Origin: Meyerozyma guilliermondii
Lineage: Eukaryota
Length of the DNA stretch: 64,000 bases
Assembly (NCBI GenBank): GCA_051546255.1
Contig: CP128817.1
Span: 248,001 to 312,000, forward strand
Direction of reading: 5' to 3'
Shown here: one piece after another, positions 1-10,434 of the stretch
Position numbering within the stretch: position 1 is the first letter of the stretch
Layout of the letters: each line of letters opens with the position of its first letter
Translations under genes and position numbers: made by a program
Notes under the pieces: generated by a model
What the model was told of the DNA's origin: nothing
Databases searched by the model: none
Seen by the model: only the letters and a program-made list of their open reading frames with translations

Positions 1-2
1 AC

Positions 3-3000
3 CCAAGAAACAAAATCAGAACTACAAAGTATACCCCCATCACATTTTTGCCCAAGAATATAATATTTCAGTTCACCAACGTTGCAAATACGTATTTCCT
101 TGTGATGATTATTCTTAGTGCATTTCAGATCTTTGGTGTGCAATCACCCGGTTTACAGGCCGTGCCGTTGGTGGTGATTGTAGTTATCACTGCCATCAGA
201 GATGCCTACGAAGATTACAGCCGGGGGTCTAGTGACAATGAACTCAACAATTCGCCGATTCATTTACTCGTGGGGCTTGACAATCCTAATGTGGAGACAG
301 ACTACGTTGATCCCTGGAGACGCTTCAAAAAGGCAAGTACAAGAGTGACTCGACGTATCGGCAAGGCAATCGCACGAGGACTTATTATGACATTTGGTAA
401 GAAAAAGAAGAAGCAAGAGGTGATCAGGAAGGAAAATGCAGAGAAAGAATTAGAGCTAAGAAGAGTTTCTACAGTTATTTCTGATACTTCTGATTTTGGG
501 GAGCGGCCACGCATGTCAACTACTGATCGCTCTCACCGTCCGTTTAGAAAATCGCATCAGAGCCAACGTCACATTAGTCAACCGGTACCACATACAATCA
601 CTAATCCAAAACTCCAACAAGAGCACTCCGAGAAGGGAGCTAAAAACCCAAAGTTCAAGAATAGATCGTGGAAAGATGTCAGTGTCGGCGACTTCATCCG
701 AGTACGTTCGGACGAGGAAGTTCCAGCTGACATTGTTATATTAGGCACTTCCGATGCCGAGGGCAATTGCTACATCGAGACGAAAAACTTGGATGGTGAA
801 ACCAATTTAAAGACAAAAAATTCTTTGGCTTGCGGCGGATCCTTGTCTCATGCTAACAGTTTAGGATTTAGCAAGTTTTGGATAGAGTGCGACGCACCAA
901 ATCCCCACTTGTATTCTTTCAAGGGAACACTTCACTATGAAAATTTTGACGAAAGTGGTCATATGGTTAATCCTGACGAAAAAGAAGCTGTTACCAACAA
1001 CAATGTCTTACTTCGAGGCACCACCTTAAGAAATACCGCATGGGTCATTGGGGTGGTAATTTATACTGGTTCGGAAACCAAAATAATGCTTAATTCTGGC
1101 ATAACCCCTACAAAGGCTTCTAGAATATCCCGTGAGTTGAACTTGTCAGTTGTCATTAATTTCGTTATATTGTTCATCTTGTGTTTTGTTTCAGGCCTTA
1201 TCAACGGTCTCTTTTACGACAAGGAGCATGTTTCCCGAATATACTTTGACTTCAAGCCTTATGGTTCCACACCAGCTGTCAATGGTATTCTTGCGTTCTT
1301 TGTTACATTGATCATCTATCAATCGCTTGTTCCTATTTCACTTTACATATCGGTTGAAATCATCAAAACATTGCAGGCATTCTTCATCTTTGCTGACGTC
1401 AAGATGTATTATGCAAAGCTCGATTTTCCTTGCACTCCCAAATCATGGAATATATCGGATGACTTGGGACAAATCGAGTACGTTTTCAGCGACAAGACTG
1501 GAACATTGACTCAGAATGTTATGGAGTTCAAGAAGATGACCATTAATGGAACGTCATATGGCCTTGCCTATACTGAAGCACAACAGGGAATTGATAAACG
1601 AGAAGGCAAGGATATTGTTGCCGAAAACGAAAAATGGAGACAAATAATTCAAAAGGATAGAAGCGAGATGATTGAAAACCTTGTCAATAATAGTAAGAAC
1701 AACCAGTTTCGAGAAGAAGCTCTCACTTTTGTATCTAACGATTACGTTAAAGACACTATGATGACCGAGGGCAACAGTGAGCAAAAAGCTGCGAACGAAA
1801 CGTTCATGTTAGCGTTATCTCTCTGTCATACGGTGGTGACCGTAGAGGACGAGTCAGATCCTGATTACAAGATATTCAAGGCGGAATCCCCAGATGAAGC
1901 TGCATTGGTGTCTGTTTCCAGAGATTTAGGATTTGCTTTCCGTGATCGGTTTCGCAAAAAGCTCATTGTCGACATATATGGGGAAGGTCATGAATTCGAA
2001 CTTCTCGAAGTCATACAATTCACCTCTGCCCGTAAGAGAATGTCTTGTATAATCAAAACTCCTGAGGGCAAGATTATAATGGTGACCAAGGGAGCTGATA
2101 ATGTGATTTTTCAACGATTGGTGAAAGACACTGATCCTCAAGTTTTACAGAAAACTGCTTTGCATTTGGAAGATTTTGCCAAAGAGGGATTGCGTACTTT
2201 GGTTATCGCTCAAAAGGAACTTGATCCCTCGTATTATTCCAACTGGGTTGCTCGCTACAAGGAAGCCCTTTCTTCGATCGATGACTCAAGGGAAGAGTTT
2301 ATTTCAGAATTGGAAGACGAAATAGAGCAGGGATTGTACTTGCTTGGTGGTACTGCCATTGAGGATAGATTACAAGACGGTGTTCCTGATTCTATCGCCT
2401 TATTGGGTCAAGCAGGTATTAAGCTTTGGGTCCTTACTGGCGACAGAATAGAAACGGCCATCAATATTGGATTTTCGTGCAATCTTCTCGGTAACCAGAT
2501 GCAATTGTTAGTGGTGAGACCCGACCCTGAGAAAGAATATAATGTCAAACATCTTGATAATTTGCTCACGCAATATCTTCAAGACAGCTTTGGAATGCTA
2601 AGGGATAGTTCTAAATCGGTTGATGATTTGATCAAAGAAGATATCAAAGACCATTCCGTACCTGAGGATAGTGCTGCCTGCGTCATTGATGGAGCTGCAT
2701 TAACCATTATCTTTTCTGATCTTAGTGAACAAAGTGAGGAGTTGCGTGACCTTCAAAAGAAGTTTCTTTTACTAGGCAAGCGCTGTAAATCAGTTATTTG
2801 CTGTCGTGTGTCTCCCTCGCAAAAGGCAGAGGTTGTAAAGATGGTAAAACAACAACTCAGTGTGATGACTCTTGCCATTGGGGACGGAGCGAACGACGTT
2901 GCCATGATTCAAGCGGCGAATATTGGAGTGGGAATTGCCGGAGAAGAAGGAAGACAAGCAGTTATGTCATCAGATTATGGACTTGGTCAATTCCGATTCT

Positions 3001-4196
3001 TAACAAGGTTATTGCTAGTTCATGGTCGTTGGTCTTATAAAAGGTTAGCAGAGATGGTGCCATGTTTCTTTTACAAGAACGTGGTGTTCACGCTCACCTG
3101 TTTTTGGTATGGAATCTTCAACAACTTTGATGGATCATACTTATATGAGTTTACTTTCTTGATGTTTTTCAATTTAGCCTTCACATCGCTTCCCGTTATT
3201 GTGTTGGCGGTCTTAGACCAAGACGTTTCTGATACCATTTCATTGTTGGTTCCACAGCTTTACCGTACCGGTATTTATCGGTTGGAATGGTCTCAGTTCA
3301 AATTTGCATGGTATATGATCGACGGATTGTATCAATCGGCGGTTTCATTTTTCTTTCCTTATTTGCTATTCTACAAATCGTTCCAAAACATGCAAGGATT
3401 GGCTGTGGATCATAGATTCTGGATAGGAGTATTGGTGGCATGTGTATCAGTTACGGCATGTAACTTTTATGTGTTGCTTCAACAGTACAGATGGGACTGG
3501 CTCACTCTCTTGATCGATGCTATATCTATCCTTCTTGTATACTTCTGGTCAGGAGTATGGAGTTCCAGAGTGTATGCTGGAGAGTTCTATAAGGCAGGTG
3601 CTCAAGTGTTGGGAACGCTTGCATGTTGGTGTGTTGTTTTTGTCGGAGTAGTTGTATGTTTGCTCCCAAGATTCACTCACGACTTCTTGAAGCGTAACTT
3701 CAAGCCACGGGATATCGATATCATTCGAGAGAGAGCCAGACATGGGGCCTACGAGGAATACTTTGAAGGTTACGACCCTACATCGTATGAGGATGTTGAG
3801 AGATTAAGAGTCTTGAAAGCGGTCATGGAGCGTCCTGAGATGCTTGATAAGATTGACCTCGAACAGCCAGACAGCGCTGGATTTGCTGAAAGCCATGAGC
3901 ATGACTCTCCATTGGCAAAGACCTTCCACTCCATTAAAAGAAGAGCTACTGTATCCAGATCTCGAAAGAATACCGTCTCACGGTCCAGAAGAGATACTGT
4001 TAATGCCTATTTGAAGCAGCCAATGAATTTGGAGCAATTGAGACAGGAGATGATCAGAACTGGCGAATACCGCTCGTCAAGAAATTCCTTGGAACGTATA
4101 ACAACGACACATGAATTGCCAGGATTAACTCGAGCTGAGACCTTACTTTCGTACCACACGAGGAACAGCATCAACCTCGACCGTAACGCTGTATAA
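3..4196 (+). CDS. DNF1: P4-type ATPase phospholipid flippase, Dnf1/Dnf2 family (5'-truncated by the window edge)
   Basis: Frame is open from base 3 (PRNKIRTTKYTPITFLPKN), so the true start is upstream. Motifs: DGET, YQSLVPISL, phosphorylation site DKTGTLT, GDGAND and C-terminal TM helices. DNF1 versus DNF2 cannot be resolved. Confidence 0.9.
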   Translation, partial: PRNKIRTTKYTPITFLPKNIIFQFTNVANTYFLVMIILSAFQIFGVQSPGLQAVPLVVIVVITAIRDAYEDYSRGSSDNELNNSPIHLLVGLDNPNVETDYVDPWRRFKKASTRVTRRIGKAIARGLIMTFGKKKKKQEVIRKENAEKELELRRVSTVISDTSDFGERPRMSTTDRSHRPFRKSHQSQRHISQPVPHTITNPKLQQEHSEKGAKNPKFKNRSWKDVSVGDFIRVRSDEEVPADIVILGTSDAEGNCYIETKNLDGETNLKTKNSLACGGSLSHANSLGFSKFWIECDAPNPHLYSFKGTLHYENFDESGHMVNPDEKEAVTNNNVLLRGTTLRNTAWVIGVVIYTGSETKIMLNSGITPTKASRISRELNLSVVINFVILFILCFVSGLINGLFYDKEHVSRIYFDFKPYGSTPAVNGILAFFVTLIIYQSLVPISLYISVEIIKTLQAFFIFADVKMYYAKLDFPCTPKSWNISDDLGQIEYVFSDKTGTLTQNVMEFKKMTINGTSYGLAYTEAQQGIDKREGKDIVAENEKWRQIIQKDRSEMIENLVNNSKNNQFREEALTFVSNDYVKDTMMTEGNSEQKAANETFMLALSLCHTVVTVEDESDPDYKIFKAESPDEAALVSVSRDLGFAFRDRFRKKLIVDIYGEGHEFELLEVIQFTSARKRMSCIIKTPEGKIIMVTKGADNVIFQRLVKDTDPQVLQKTALHLEDFAKEGLRTLVIAQKELDPSYYSNWVARYKEALSSIDDSREEFISELEDEIEQGLYLLGGTAIEDRLQDGVPDSIALLGQAGIKLWVLTGDRIETAINIGFSCNLLGNQMQLLVVRPDPEKEYNVKHLDNLLTQYLQDSFGMLRDSSKSVDDLIKEDIKDHSVPEDSAACVIDGAALTIIFSDLSEQSEELRDLQKKFLLLGKRCKSVICCRVSPSQKAEVVKMVKQQLSVMTLAIGDGANDVAMIQAANIGVGIAGEEGRQAVMSSDYGLGQFRFLTRLLLVHGRWSYKRLAEMVPCFFYKNVVFTLTCFWYGIFNNFDGSYLYEFTFLMFFNLAFTSLPVIVLAVLDQDVSDTISLLVPQLYRTGIYRLEWSQFKFAWYMIDGLYQSAVSFFFPYLLFYKSFQNMQGLAVDHRFWIGVLVACVSVTACNFYVLLQQYRWDWLTLLIDAISILLVYFWSGVWSSRVYAGEFYKAGAQVLGTLACWCVVFVGVVVCLLPRFTHDFLKRNFKPRDIDIIRERARHGAYEEYFEGYDPTSYEDVERLRVLKAVMERPEMLDKIDLEQPDSAGFAESHEHDSPLAKTFHSIKRRATVSRSRKNTVSRSRRDTVNAYLKQPMNLEQLRQEMIRTGEYRSSRNSLERITTTHELPGLTRAETLLSYHTRNSINLDRNAV

Positions 4197-4330
4197 ATTT
4201 GTATGTAATATATTTGAGATGGGCCGATGTAGGTTAAGAAAGTTCGATATACTTTCTAAGGTAGAGCGCAGAGCCGCATCCCAGTACGGCGTTTTCGCAG
4301 TCAAAATTATATCGCGAAAGAAGTTGCAAC

Positions 4331-5347
4331 ATGAAGGTGGAAGCACCAACTAAAGTAACGTTAAACCAGCTTGAAAAGGGTGTCGAATTTAAAACCTTGG
4401 ATGCGGCGTTCGGTCCTGAATCACTTGGTATACTTGTAGTTGAGGGACTCTCGGATGAGTTCCATCAGCTACGAAATGATGTCTTGAGACAACTTTCAAT
4501 TTTGGCTAGACTTTCCAATGACGAATTAAGCAAGCTAGAAAACGAGGAGTCGATGTGGTTGACGGGCTGGTCATGTGGTAAGGAGAAGCTTGCTGACGGA
4601 CGACCTGATACTTTTAAAGGATCGTTCTATGTCAATTGTGCTTTCCACAAAGATGCCCGATTAGAAGGTCCTCCCCAAAATATTGTTGACAAGTTTAAAG
4701 ACCACAAGATGTACACTACGCCAAACGTATGGCCTTCCAAAGAGCTCGATGGGTTGAAAGATTTTGAAGCTAATTGTAAGAGACTTTGCAACTTGATAAT
4801 TGACGTTGCAGCACTAGTTGCCAGTTCTTGTGATAGCTATATCAAAGCCAACGGAGGCTACAGCATGAAAGACAACTATCTCAGGCTGATAGTAGAAAAC
4901 TCAATGACCACAAAGGCTCGATTTCTTCATTATTATCCTCCTCCTATGGCCGAGTCTCAAGACGAAGTGTGGTGTGGAGAACATTTGGACCACTCATGTA
5001 TCACGGGACTCACTTCAGCCATGTATCTTGAGGAACATGACGGTGTCGAGGTTCCAATTGAGCTGTCGCCTGATCCAAATGCAGGCCTTTACATCAGAAA
5101 TCGTCATGGTGAAGTTGTGAAGGTAAATATTCCTCCAACATGTCTTGCATTCCAGACTGGTTCCGCATTACAGGAGATTTCGAGAGGTAAGTTTAAGGCA
5201 GTGCCTCACTACGTTCAGGCATCCAAGACACGAAACGTGTCCAGAAATACATTGGCAGTCTTTTGTCAACCTGACTTGAGCGACATGGTAAATGACGAGG
5301 AAAACTTTGCCGAATACTCCACGAGAATAGTGGGCGGAAACCATTAG
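4331..5347 (+). CDS. 2-oxoglutarate/Fe(II)-dependent dioxygenase (IPNS/clavaminate synthase-like), substrate unknown
   Basis: HxD...H iron triad (EHLDH ... VPHYV), RFLHYYP, GLYI and SRNTLAVFCQP segments typical of the DIOX/2OG-FeII_Oxy fold. Confidence 0.8.
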   Translation: MKVEAPTKVTLNQLEKGVEFKTLDAAFGPESLGILVVEGLSDEFHQLRNDVLRQLSILARLSNDELSKLENEESMWLTGWSCGKEKLADGRPDTFKGSFYVNCAFHKDARLEGPPQNIVDKFKDHKMYTTPNVWPSKELDGLKDFEANCKRLCNLIIDVAALVASSCDSYIKANGGYSMKDNYLRLIVENSMTTKARFLHYYPPPMAESQDEVWCGEHLDHSCITGLTSAMYLEEHDGVEVPIELSPDPNAGLYIRNRHGEVVKVNIPPTCLAFQTGSALQEISRGKFKAVPHYVQASKTRNVSRNTLAVFCQPDLSDMVNDEENFAEYSTRIVGGNH

Positions 5348-5512
5348 TAGGTATACATTAGTAGGAATAATCAAAACATGTAATTGACGACTAAACTTCA
5401 AATCTTCATGGTCAATGCCTTCTCTACAATCCACCTTCGCCAAGTAATCGCATCCCAACACCAACTCTCTTCTTTTATTAAATTTCGGTGAGTGTTGAAC
5501 TTTGGACCTTCA

Positions 5513-8317
5513 ATGTTTACCTTTGCCCTCCTCACTCCAGAAAAGGGCAATCATTCGTTTCGAGCTTCACTCCTTACTCTCGACAATGACATTAATATAT
5601 TAGCAGATCCCACATGGAACGGCTCCGACCACAAAGATGTGGATTTCATGGAATCCAACTTGCGAAAAATCGATGTGATTTTACTTTCACATTCGACGCC
5701 CGAGTTCATAAGTGGTTTTATCATACTCTGCGTAAAATTTCCTCACATAATGTCCAAGATCCCTATATATTCAACACTTCCCGTGAACCAGCTAGGTCGA
5801 GTTTCCACCGTAGAATTTTACAGATCGAAGGGTGTTTTAGGACCTTTAAAAGATGCACTTATGGAGGTGGACGAAGTGGATGACTGGTTCGATAAGGCAG
5901 TGCCGTTGAAATATTCGCAAACTTTAAGTTTGTTTGAAAATAAAATGATAATTACACCATACAATGCTGGACATACTTTGGGTGGTACCTTCTGGTGTAT
6001 AACCAAGAGATTAGAAAAGGTAATTTATGCCCCCTCATGGAACCATTCGAAGGACTCATTCTTGAGTAGTTCAAGCTTTCTTTCAGCATCAACCGGTAAC
6101 CCATTGTCTCAATTGATGAGACCCACTGTATTGATAACCAACACTGATCTTGGTTCTAATCTTCCCCATAAAAAACGAGCAGAAAAGTTCCTCCAGTTGA
6201 TGGATGCTACACTCGCGAATGGAGGTGCTGTGGTGCTTCCAACGTCACTTTCTGGCCGGTTTCTCGAACTTTTGCATCTCGTGGACCACCATCTTCAAAG
6301 TCAGCCAATTCCAGTCTATTTCTTGTCCTATTCAGGAACTAAGGTTCTCAATTATGCATCTAGTTTACTCGAGTGGATGTCCACTCTGTTGGTAAAAGAA
6401 TGGGAGGCTGCATCTTCTGCCTCCATGAACAGCACCAACAAGAATAATTTCCCATTTGATCCCTCCAAGGTTGATCTCTTGCTGGATCCCAAGGAATTGA
6501 TTCAACTCAGTGGCCCCAAAATCGTATTATGTGCTGGGATAGATATGAATAGTGGTGATGTATCGTTTGAAGTTTTGAAATACTTATGCCTGGATCAGAA
6601 GAATACGGTTTTGTTGACTGAAAAAACTCATTTTGGTGCCGATTTTAGTATCAACGCCCAATTATTTACTGACTGGGTAAGACTCTCTAGGGAGAAATAT
6701 GGAAATGCCGAAGATGGACTCGCAATTGGCTATGAAGGTACAATTCCACTTCGAGGCTTATCTCGAGAGGATCCCTTGAGTGGCTCGGAGCTCACGTCAT
6801 TCCAAGAGCGTATAAATCACCAAAGAAAGAAGAAATTATTCGAACAGGTGCGTGATAGAAAGAACCAAAATTTGTTAAATGCCGATAATCTTGAGGAAGA
6901 AGACTCTTCATCGGATGATGGGGAAGACGCCGAGTCTTCTGACGAGGAAATGCCAACCACCACCGAGACAGAAGCAGGAGCAATGCCCGGTGCAATTGAC
7001 ACAAATGTGAATGCAATTGTCACCCAAGATGCCTTTGTCGCTGACCAAGTCAAGCAAACCTTAGATGACGAACTTCCTCTTGACGTCAAAATTACCCATA
7101 AGTTGAAGCCACGTCAGGCAATGTTTCCGTATATCCCACCTCACAAGAGAAAGTTCGATGATTATGGAGAAGTTATAGATATCAAGGACTACCAGAGAGC
7201 CGAGGACTTGACGAACGCAAAGCTTATTCTGGATTCTAAGCGAAAGTTTGAGCAAGAAGACAAGTTGAAGTGGGGAAATGATGATGACAGAAGAAGTGGT
7301 AGAGGAGGAGGCATTCAAACAAATCGTTTAACTCCTCAAGAAACCCTTAATAATCAGATCTTGCAAAAGAATCTCCATACCCTCTTCCAGCCTCGCAAGA
7401 GAGTGATTGTTACTAAAACGCAAGATCTAAAGTTCAGATGCAGTTTGTCGTTTGTTGACTTGGCAGGGCTTGTGGACTTGAGATCTCTCAGTTTGATCGT
7501 TTCATCATTGAAACCTTACAATCTCGTTCTCTTGCCTGACCCATCGAAAACAGCTGATTTGGATGAGGAGTACGATGGCCTTCCGGCCGTGAAAAAAATG
7601 TTTGAACAACTGCAAGCAATGCAGGAGAAAGAACAAAATAAACTGTCTTTATTGCATAGTTCTCGAGCACTTTCTTTGGTATCTATTCGTGGAGGTCTCA
7701 GTGGTCACTCGTCTGGTAAGTATTCAGGGCCATCACGAATGGCAATACATGCTGCAGACTATGAGACGAGCTTGAAGATTGGAGTTGATGAGCAAGAAGA
7801 CTCGCTTGCCTTAACAAATTTCGAAGTGGTTCTTGAAGATGAGATCGTCGATACGTTGAAGTGGCAAAAAGTAGACGGAAACTACCGTGTTGCTCCTGCT
7901 TATGGTGAGCTTGAGCTTCACAATCCACACATGCCAAGGAAGAAGGCCAAAACCGTTCCAGATTACATCAATCCTTCCACTCAGTTCTCTTTGAAGTACA
8001 TATCAAAGGAAGAATTCATGAAACGCCAAACCGAGGCGGGCCAAGCGATTGTGCAACAAGAGGGATCAAGCGGTCCCAAGTTTGCCATTGGTAATATTCG
8101 ACTTCCAGAACTCAAAAGAAAACTCATTGCCAAAGAAATGAATGCCGAGTTCAAAGGTGAGGGTACTTTGGTAGTAAATGGTAAAATTGCCATCAGAAAA
8201 GTTACCTACGGTAGCATTGACGGAGACGATACAGGAGACATCGAGATTGACGGAACAGTGGGACCATTATACTACAAGGTGAAAGCGTGCATAAAAGAAA
8301 TGCTAGCGTACATATAA
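5513..8317 (+). CDS. CFT2: Cleavage and polyadenylation factor subunit Cft2 (CPSF100)
   Basis: Metallo-beta-lactamase/beta-CASP segments ILLSHS, YNAGHTLGG, WNHSKD; FDDYGEVID; C-terminal AEFKGEGTLV. First ATG is at 5513 (the track start is non-ATG). Confidence 0.93.
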   Translation: MFTFALLTPEKGNHSFRASLLTLDNDINILADPTWNGSDHKDVDFMESNLRKIDVILLSHSTPEFISGFIILCVKFPHIMSKIPIYSTLPVNQLGRVSTVEFYRSKGVLGPLKDALMEVDEVDDWFDKAVPLKYSQTLSLFENKMIITPYNAGHTLGGTFWCITKRLEKVIYAPSWNHSKDSFLSSSSFLSASTGNPLSQLMRPTVLITNTDLGSNLPHKKRAEKFLQLMDATLANGGAVVLPTSLSGRFLELLHLVDHHLQSQPIPVYFLSYSGTKVLNYASSLLEWMSTLLVKEWEAASSASMNSTNKNNFPFDPSKVDLLLDPKELIQLSGPKIVLCAGIDMNSGDVSFEVLKYLCLDQKNTVLLTEKTHFGADFSINAQLFTDWVRLSREKYGNAEDGLAIGYEGTIPLRGLSREDPLSGSELTSFQERINHQRKKKLFEQVRDRKNQNLLNADNLEEEDSSSDDGEDAESSDEEMPTTTETEAGAMPGAIDTNVNAIVTQDAFVADQVKQTLDDELPLDVKITHKLKPRQAMFPYIPPHKRKFDDYGEVIDIKDYQRAEDLTNAKLILDSKRKFEQEDKLKWGNDDDRRSGRGGGIQTNRLTPQETLNNQILQKNLHTLFQPRKRVIVTKTQDLKFRCSLSFVDLAGLVDLRSLSLIVSSLKPYNLVLLPDPSKTADLDEEYDGLPAVKKMFEQLQAMQEKEQNKLSLLHSSRALSLVSIRGGLSGHSSGKYSGPSRMAIHAADYETSLKIGVDEQEDSLALTNFEVVLEDEIVDTLKWQKVDGNYRVAPAYGELELHNPHMPRKKAKTVPDYINPSTQFSLKYISKEEFMKRQTEAGQAIVQQEGSSGPKFAIGNIRLPELKRKLIAKEMNAEFKGEGTLVVNGKIAIRKVTYGSIDGDDTGDIEIDGTVGPLYYKVKACIKEMLAYI

Positions 8318-8426
8318 ACAGCATTTCATTTTCGCAGCCATGAAAGTGTATAGACAGTAGTGCGCAAACCGCAAACTCGTCCAATGCGGATTGAGGAAAT
8401 GTAAAGAAGAATACAGTTAGTCTGAA

Positions 8427-8705
8427 ATGCAACCCTATTCAAGAAACGGGGGCACAAGAAGGTGTTTTTATGAATTCCAAACCTTGGTTTCTTGTTACAC
8501 CAGTGCGGACACTCAGACCAAGAAAGAATGCACCCCTCATTTTGACGACTATTTCGAATGCTTGCATGGTTACAAAGAAAGAGAAAAAGCCAGACTTATG
8601 TTACAACAATTGAAGGAAAACGAAGAGACTAAGAACGGAGTAACCGCCTCTGAATTATTCAAGGCTTCTGGATCGGTGTATGAAAACTTAGATTTGGTGA
8701 AGTGA
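8427..8705 (+). CDS. Mitochondrial complex I accessory subunit, NDUFS5/NIPM-like (twin CX9C-type)
   Basis: NGGxxRCF...C......C...DDYFECLHG pattern of fungal NDUFS5 homologues; 92 aa. Confidence 0.8.
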   Translation: MQPYSRNGGTRRCFYEFQTLVSCYTSADTQTKKECTPHFDDYFECLHGYKEREKARLMLQQLKENEETKNGVTASELFKASGSVYENLDLVK

Positions 8706-8803
8706 GCATTGCCATGTCCTAGCATACGCTTGTATAATGACAAGTAATTAAGACTACATAGAATATTACGCAAATACGACGAGGTTGTAGTGAATGCCAT
8801 ATA

Positions 8804-10252
8804 TTATGAAGGAGGATCCGGCTTCTTTGTGGGAGGTGGAGGAGCGGGTTTCGCAGGTGGTACGGGCTTGCTTGTTGGAGGTGGTGGTTTGGGCGCTGAA
8901 GATGGAGGTGGTGGTTTTAATATAGTTGTGGGTGGTGGTGGTTTTGAAGTGGTTGCTGGAGGTGGGGGCTTTAGCGTATTGGCTGGAGGCGGAGGTCTTT
9001 CTCCCATATGAAGACCTGGAGGTGGTTTTGGCTTTGTATTTTGAAGAGTTTGTGTTTGCATGGGCGGTGTGGACCTAGCCAATGGTGTGGGGATTGGAGG
9101 CTGTGATTGCCATGGGGACACAGGCAATGAAGGGATTGAAGGCTTTTGGCGTTTCCATGGAGGAAGAGAAGCATCGTCGTCCCTTCGTCTGCCATTTTCC
9201 TTGTGACGAGGTTCGTAACTATATGAAGCAGGGACAGCCTCTTCCTCTGGAGCATATTGTGGTTCTGGGGGCTGGTAGGATCTTTCTGGAGCACTTTCAT
9301 TACGGTTTCTTAATTTACAATCTCTTGCAAAATGTCCAACTTTACCGCATATTTTGCACACAATCAGAGATATATCCATCACAGGTGGAGCTTGTCTTTC
9401 CTCTTCAGGGATAAATGGACGAGACTCACGAAGTGTACCGTTCAAGATGGCTAATTCTCGCAATTGACCACGCTTCAAGTCGTTTTGACCCATCGGCGAC
9501 GAAATGGCCTTATTGATGATTTCGTTAGCAAACATGATTGCTTTTTCTATTTTCCTGGACGAGTCTGCTGTAATCACCACATGGAGGTCTTCACTATTGT
9601 TGTCCACAAACGGATTAGCGAACGATTTAGGAGACATGAGTGCACCAGACTCTTCTGATTCCGTTATAACGTTGCCACTTGATTTCCCATCTTTTACCGA
9701 TCCTTTTCCTCGAATTGCTAGTTTTGCACCACTGTCTTCCTGGATTTGACGCAAGGTATTTCCACGGGGCCCCAAAAGTAATCCAACAAAGTTTATGTCA
9801 GGAAAATCTTTCAACGGTATATACAATTTTTCGTAGATTTTGGCGGGTTTATGGTAGTCAAGTGGAGACATATAGTACTTGATGGTAGAAGCTGCCTTTT
9901 CCACAAGGTAATGGCGTTCGTTTTCGAGTGAAAGGCCCATTAACGAGTCGCGAGTGTTGACTCTGTTGCCATAATTGTCATACTTGGGAGGAGGGGAAGG
10001 GTCTCTCTTTAGGTTTGGGTTCTCTTGTGGCTTTCCAGAAGGCAACAACAGAAGTACACCAACTCTGCGTTTGTTGGATGTTCGTAAAAGGTCGCTGATC
10101 TCCTCGATTCTGAAGTACTGCTGGTACGCATCGAGCTGCTCGGAGGTGAGATGGCCAGATATAATGGTATCGAGTTTTTGTCCATCGATGGTTTTATGTC
10201 GTAACGGAGTCCCAGACCATTTTGTAGGTCTGGAAGAAGCTGGATTTTCCAT
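8804..10252 (-). CDS. MSL5: Branchpoint-bridging protein Msl5/BBP (SF1)
   Basis: PSPPPKYD, KH domain INFVGLLLGPRGNTL...IRGKGS, QUA2 segment LRELAILNGTLR, zinc knuckle CKICGKVGHFARDC and a Pro-rich tail. Confidence 0.95.
   Translation of the reverse strand: MENPASSRPTKWSGTPLRHKTIDGQKLDTIISGHLTSEQLDAYQQYFRIEEISDLLRTSNKRRVGVLLLLPSGKPQENPNLKRDPSPPPKYDNYGNRVNTRDSLMGLSLENERHYLVEKAASTIKYYMSPLDYHKPAKIYEKLYIPLKDFPDINFVGLLLGPRGNTLRQIQEDSGAKLAIRGKGSVKDGKSSGNVITESEESGALMSPKSFANPFVDNNSEDLHVVITADSSRKIEKAIMFANEIINKAISSPMGQNDLKRGQLRELAILNGTLRESRPFIPEEERQAPPVMDISLIVCKICGKVGHFARDCKLRNRNESAPERSYQPPEPQYAPEEEAVPASYSYEPRHKENGRRRDDDASLPPWKRQKPSIPSLPVSPWQSQPPIPTPLARSTPPMQTQTLQNTKPKPPPGLHMGERPPPPANTLKPPPPATTSKPPPPTTILKPPPPSSAPKPPPPTSKPVPPAKPAPPPPTKKPDPPS
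8807..9030 (-). repeat. Degenerate ~27-bp coding tandem repeat (KPPPPxxxx) in the MSL5 tail
   Basis: Translation RPPPPANTL KPPPPATTS KPPPPTTIL KPPPPSSAP KPPPPTSK; GGTGGT/GGAGGT runs on the + strand. Confidence 0.75.
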
Positions 10253-10434
10253 TTTTAGTTGTGATTAGGAATGTAAAGTGGACTGTGACAGTCTCAAGTT
10301 GAGTCGATGAGATGGTGCCGCGATGCACCCATACTTAAGGATGGAGAAAGTCAGGTCATAAAAAAGACACAAGAGGAAACCGTTTGGTTCAGGAGTATAA
10401 TGCCTTGACGACAGTACTACTTGAAAGCGCCTTT

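Noticed and set aside
8790..9011. Gly-rich 73-aa ORF on the + strand
   Set aside because: It is the antisense shadow of the MSL5 proline repeat and has a GTG start.
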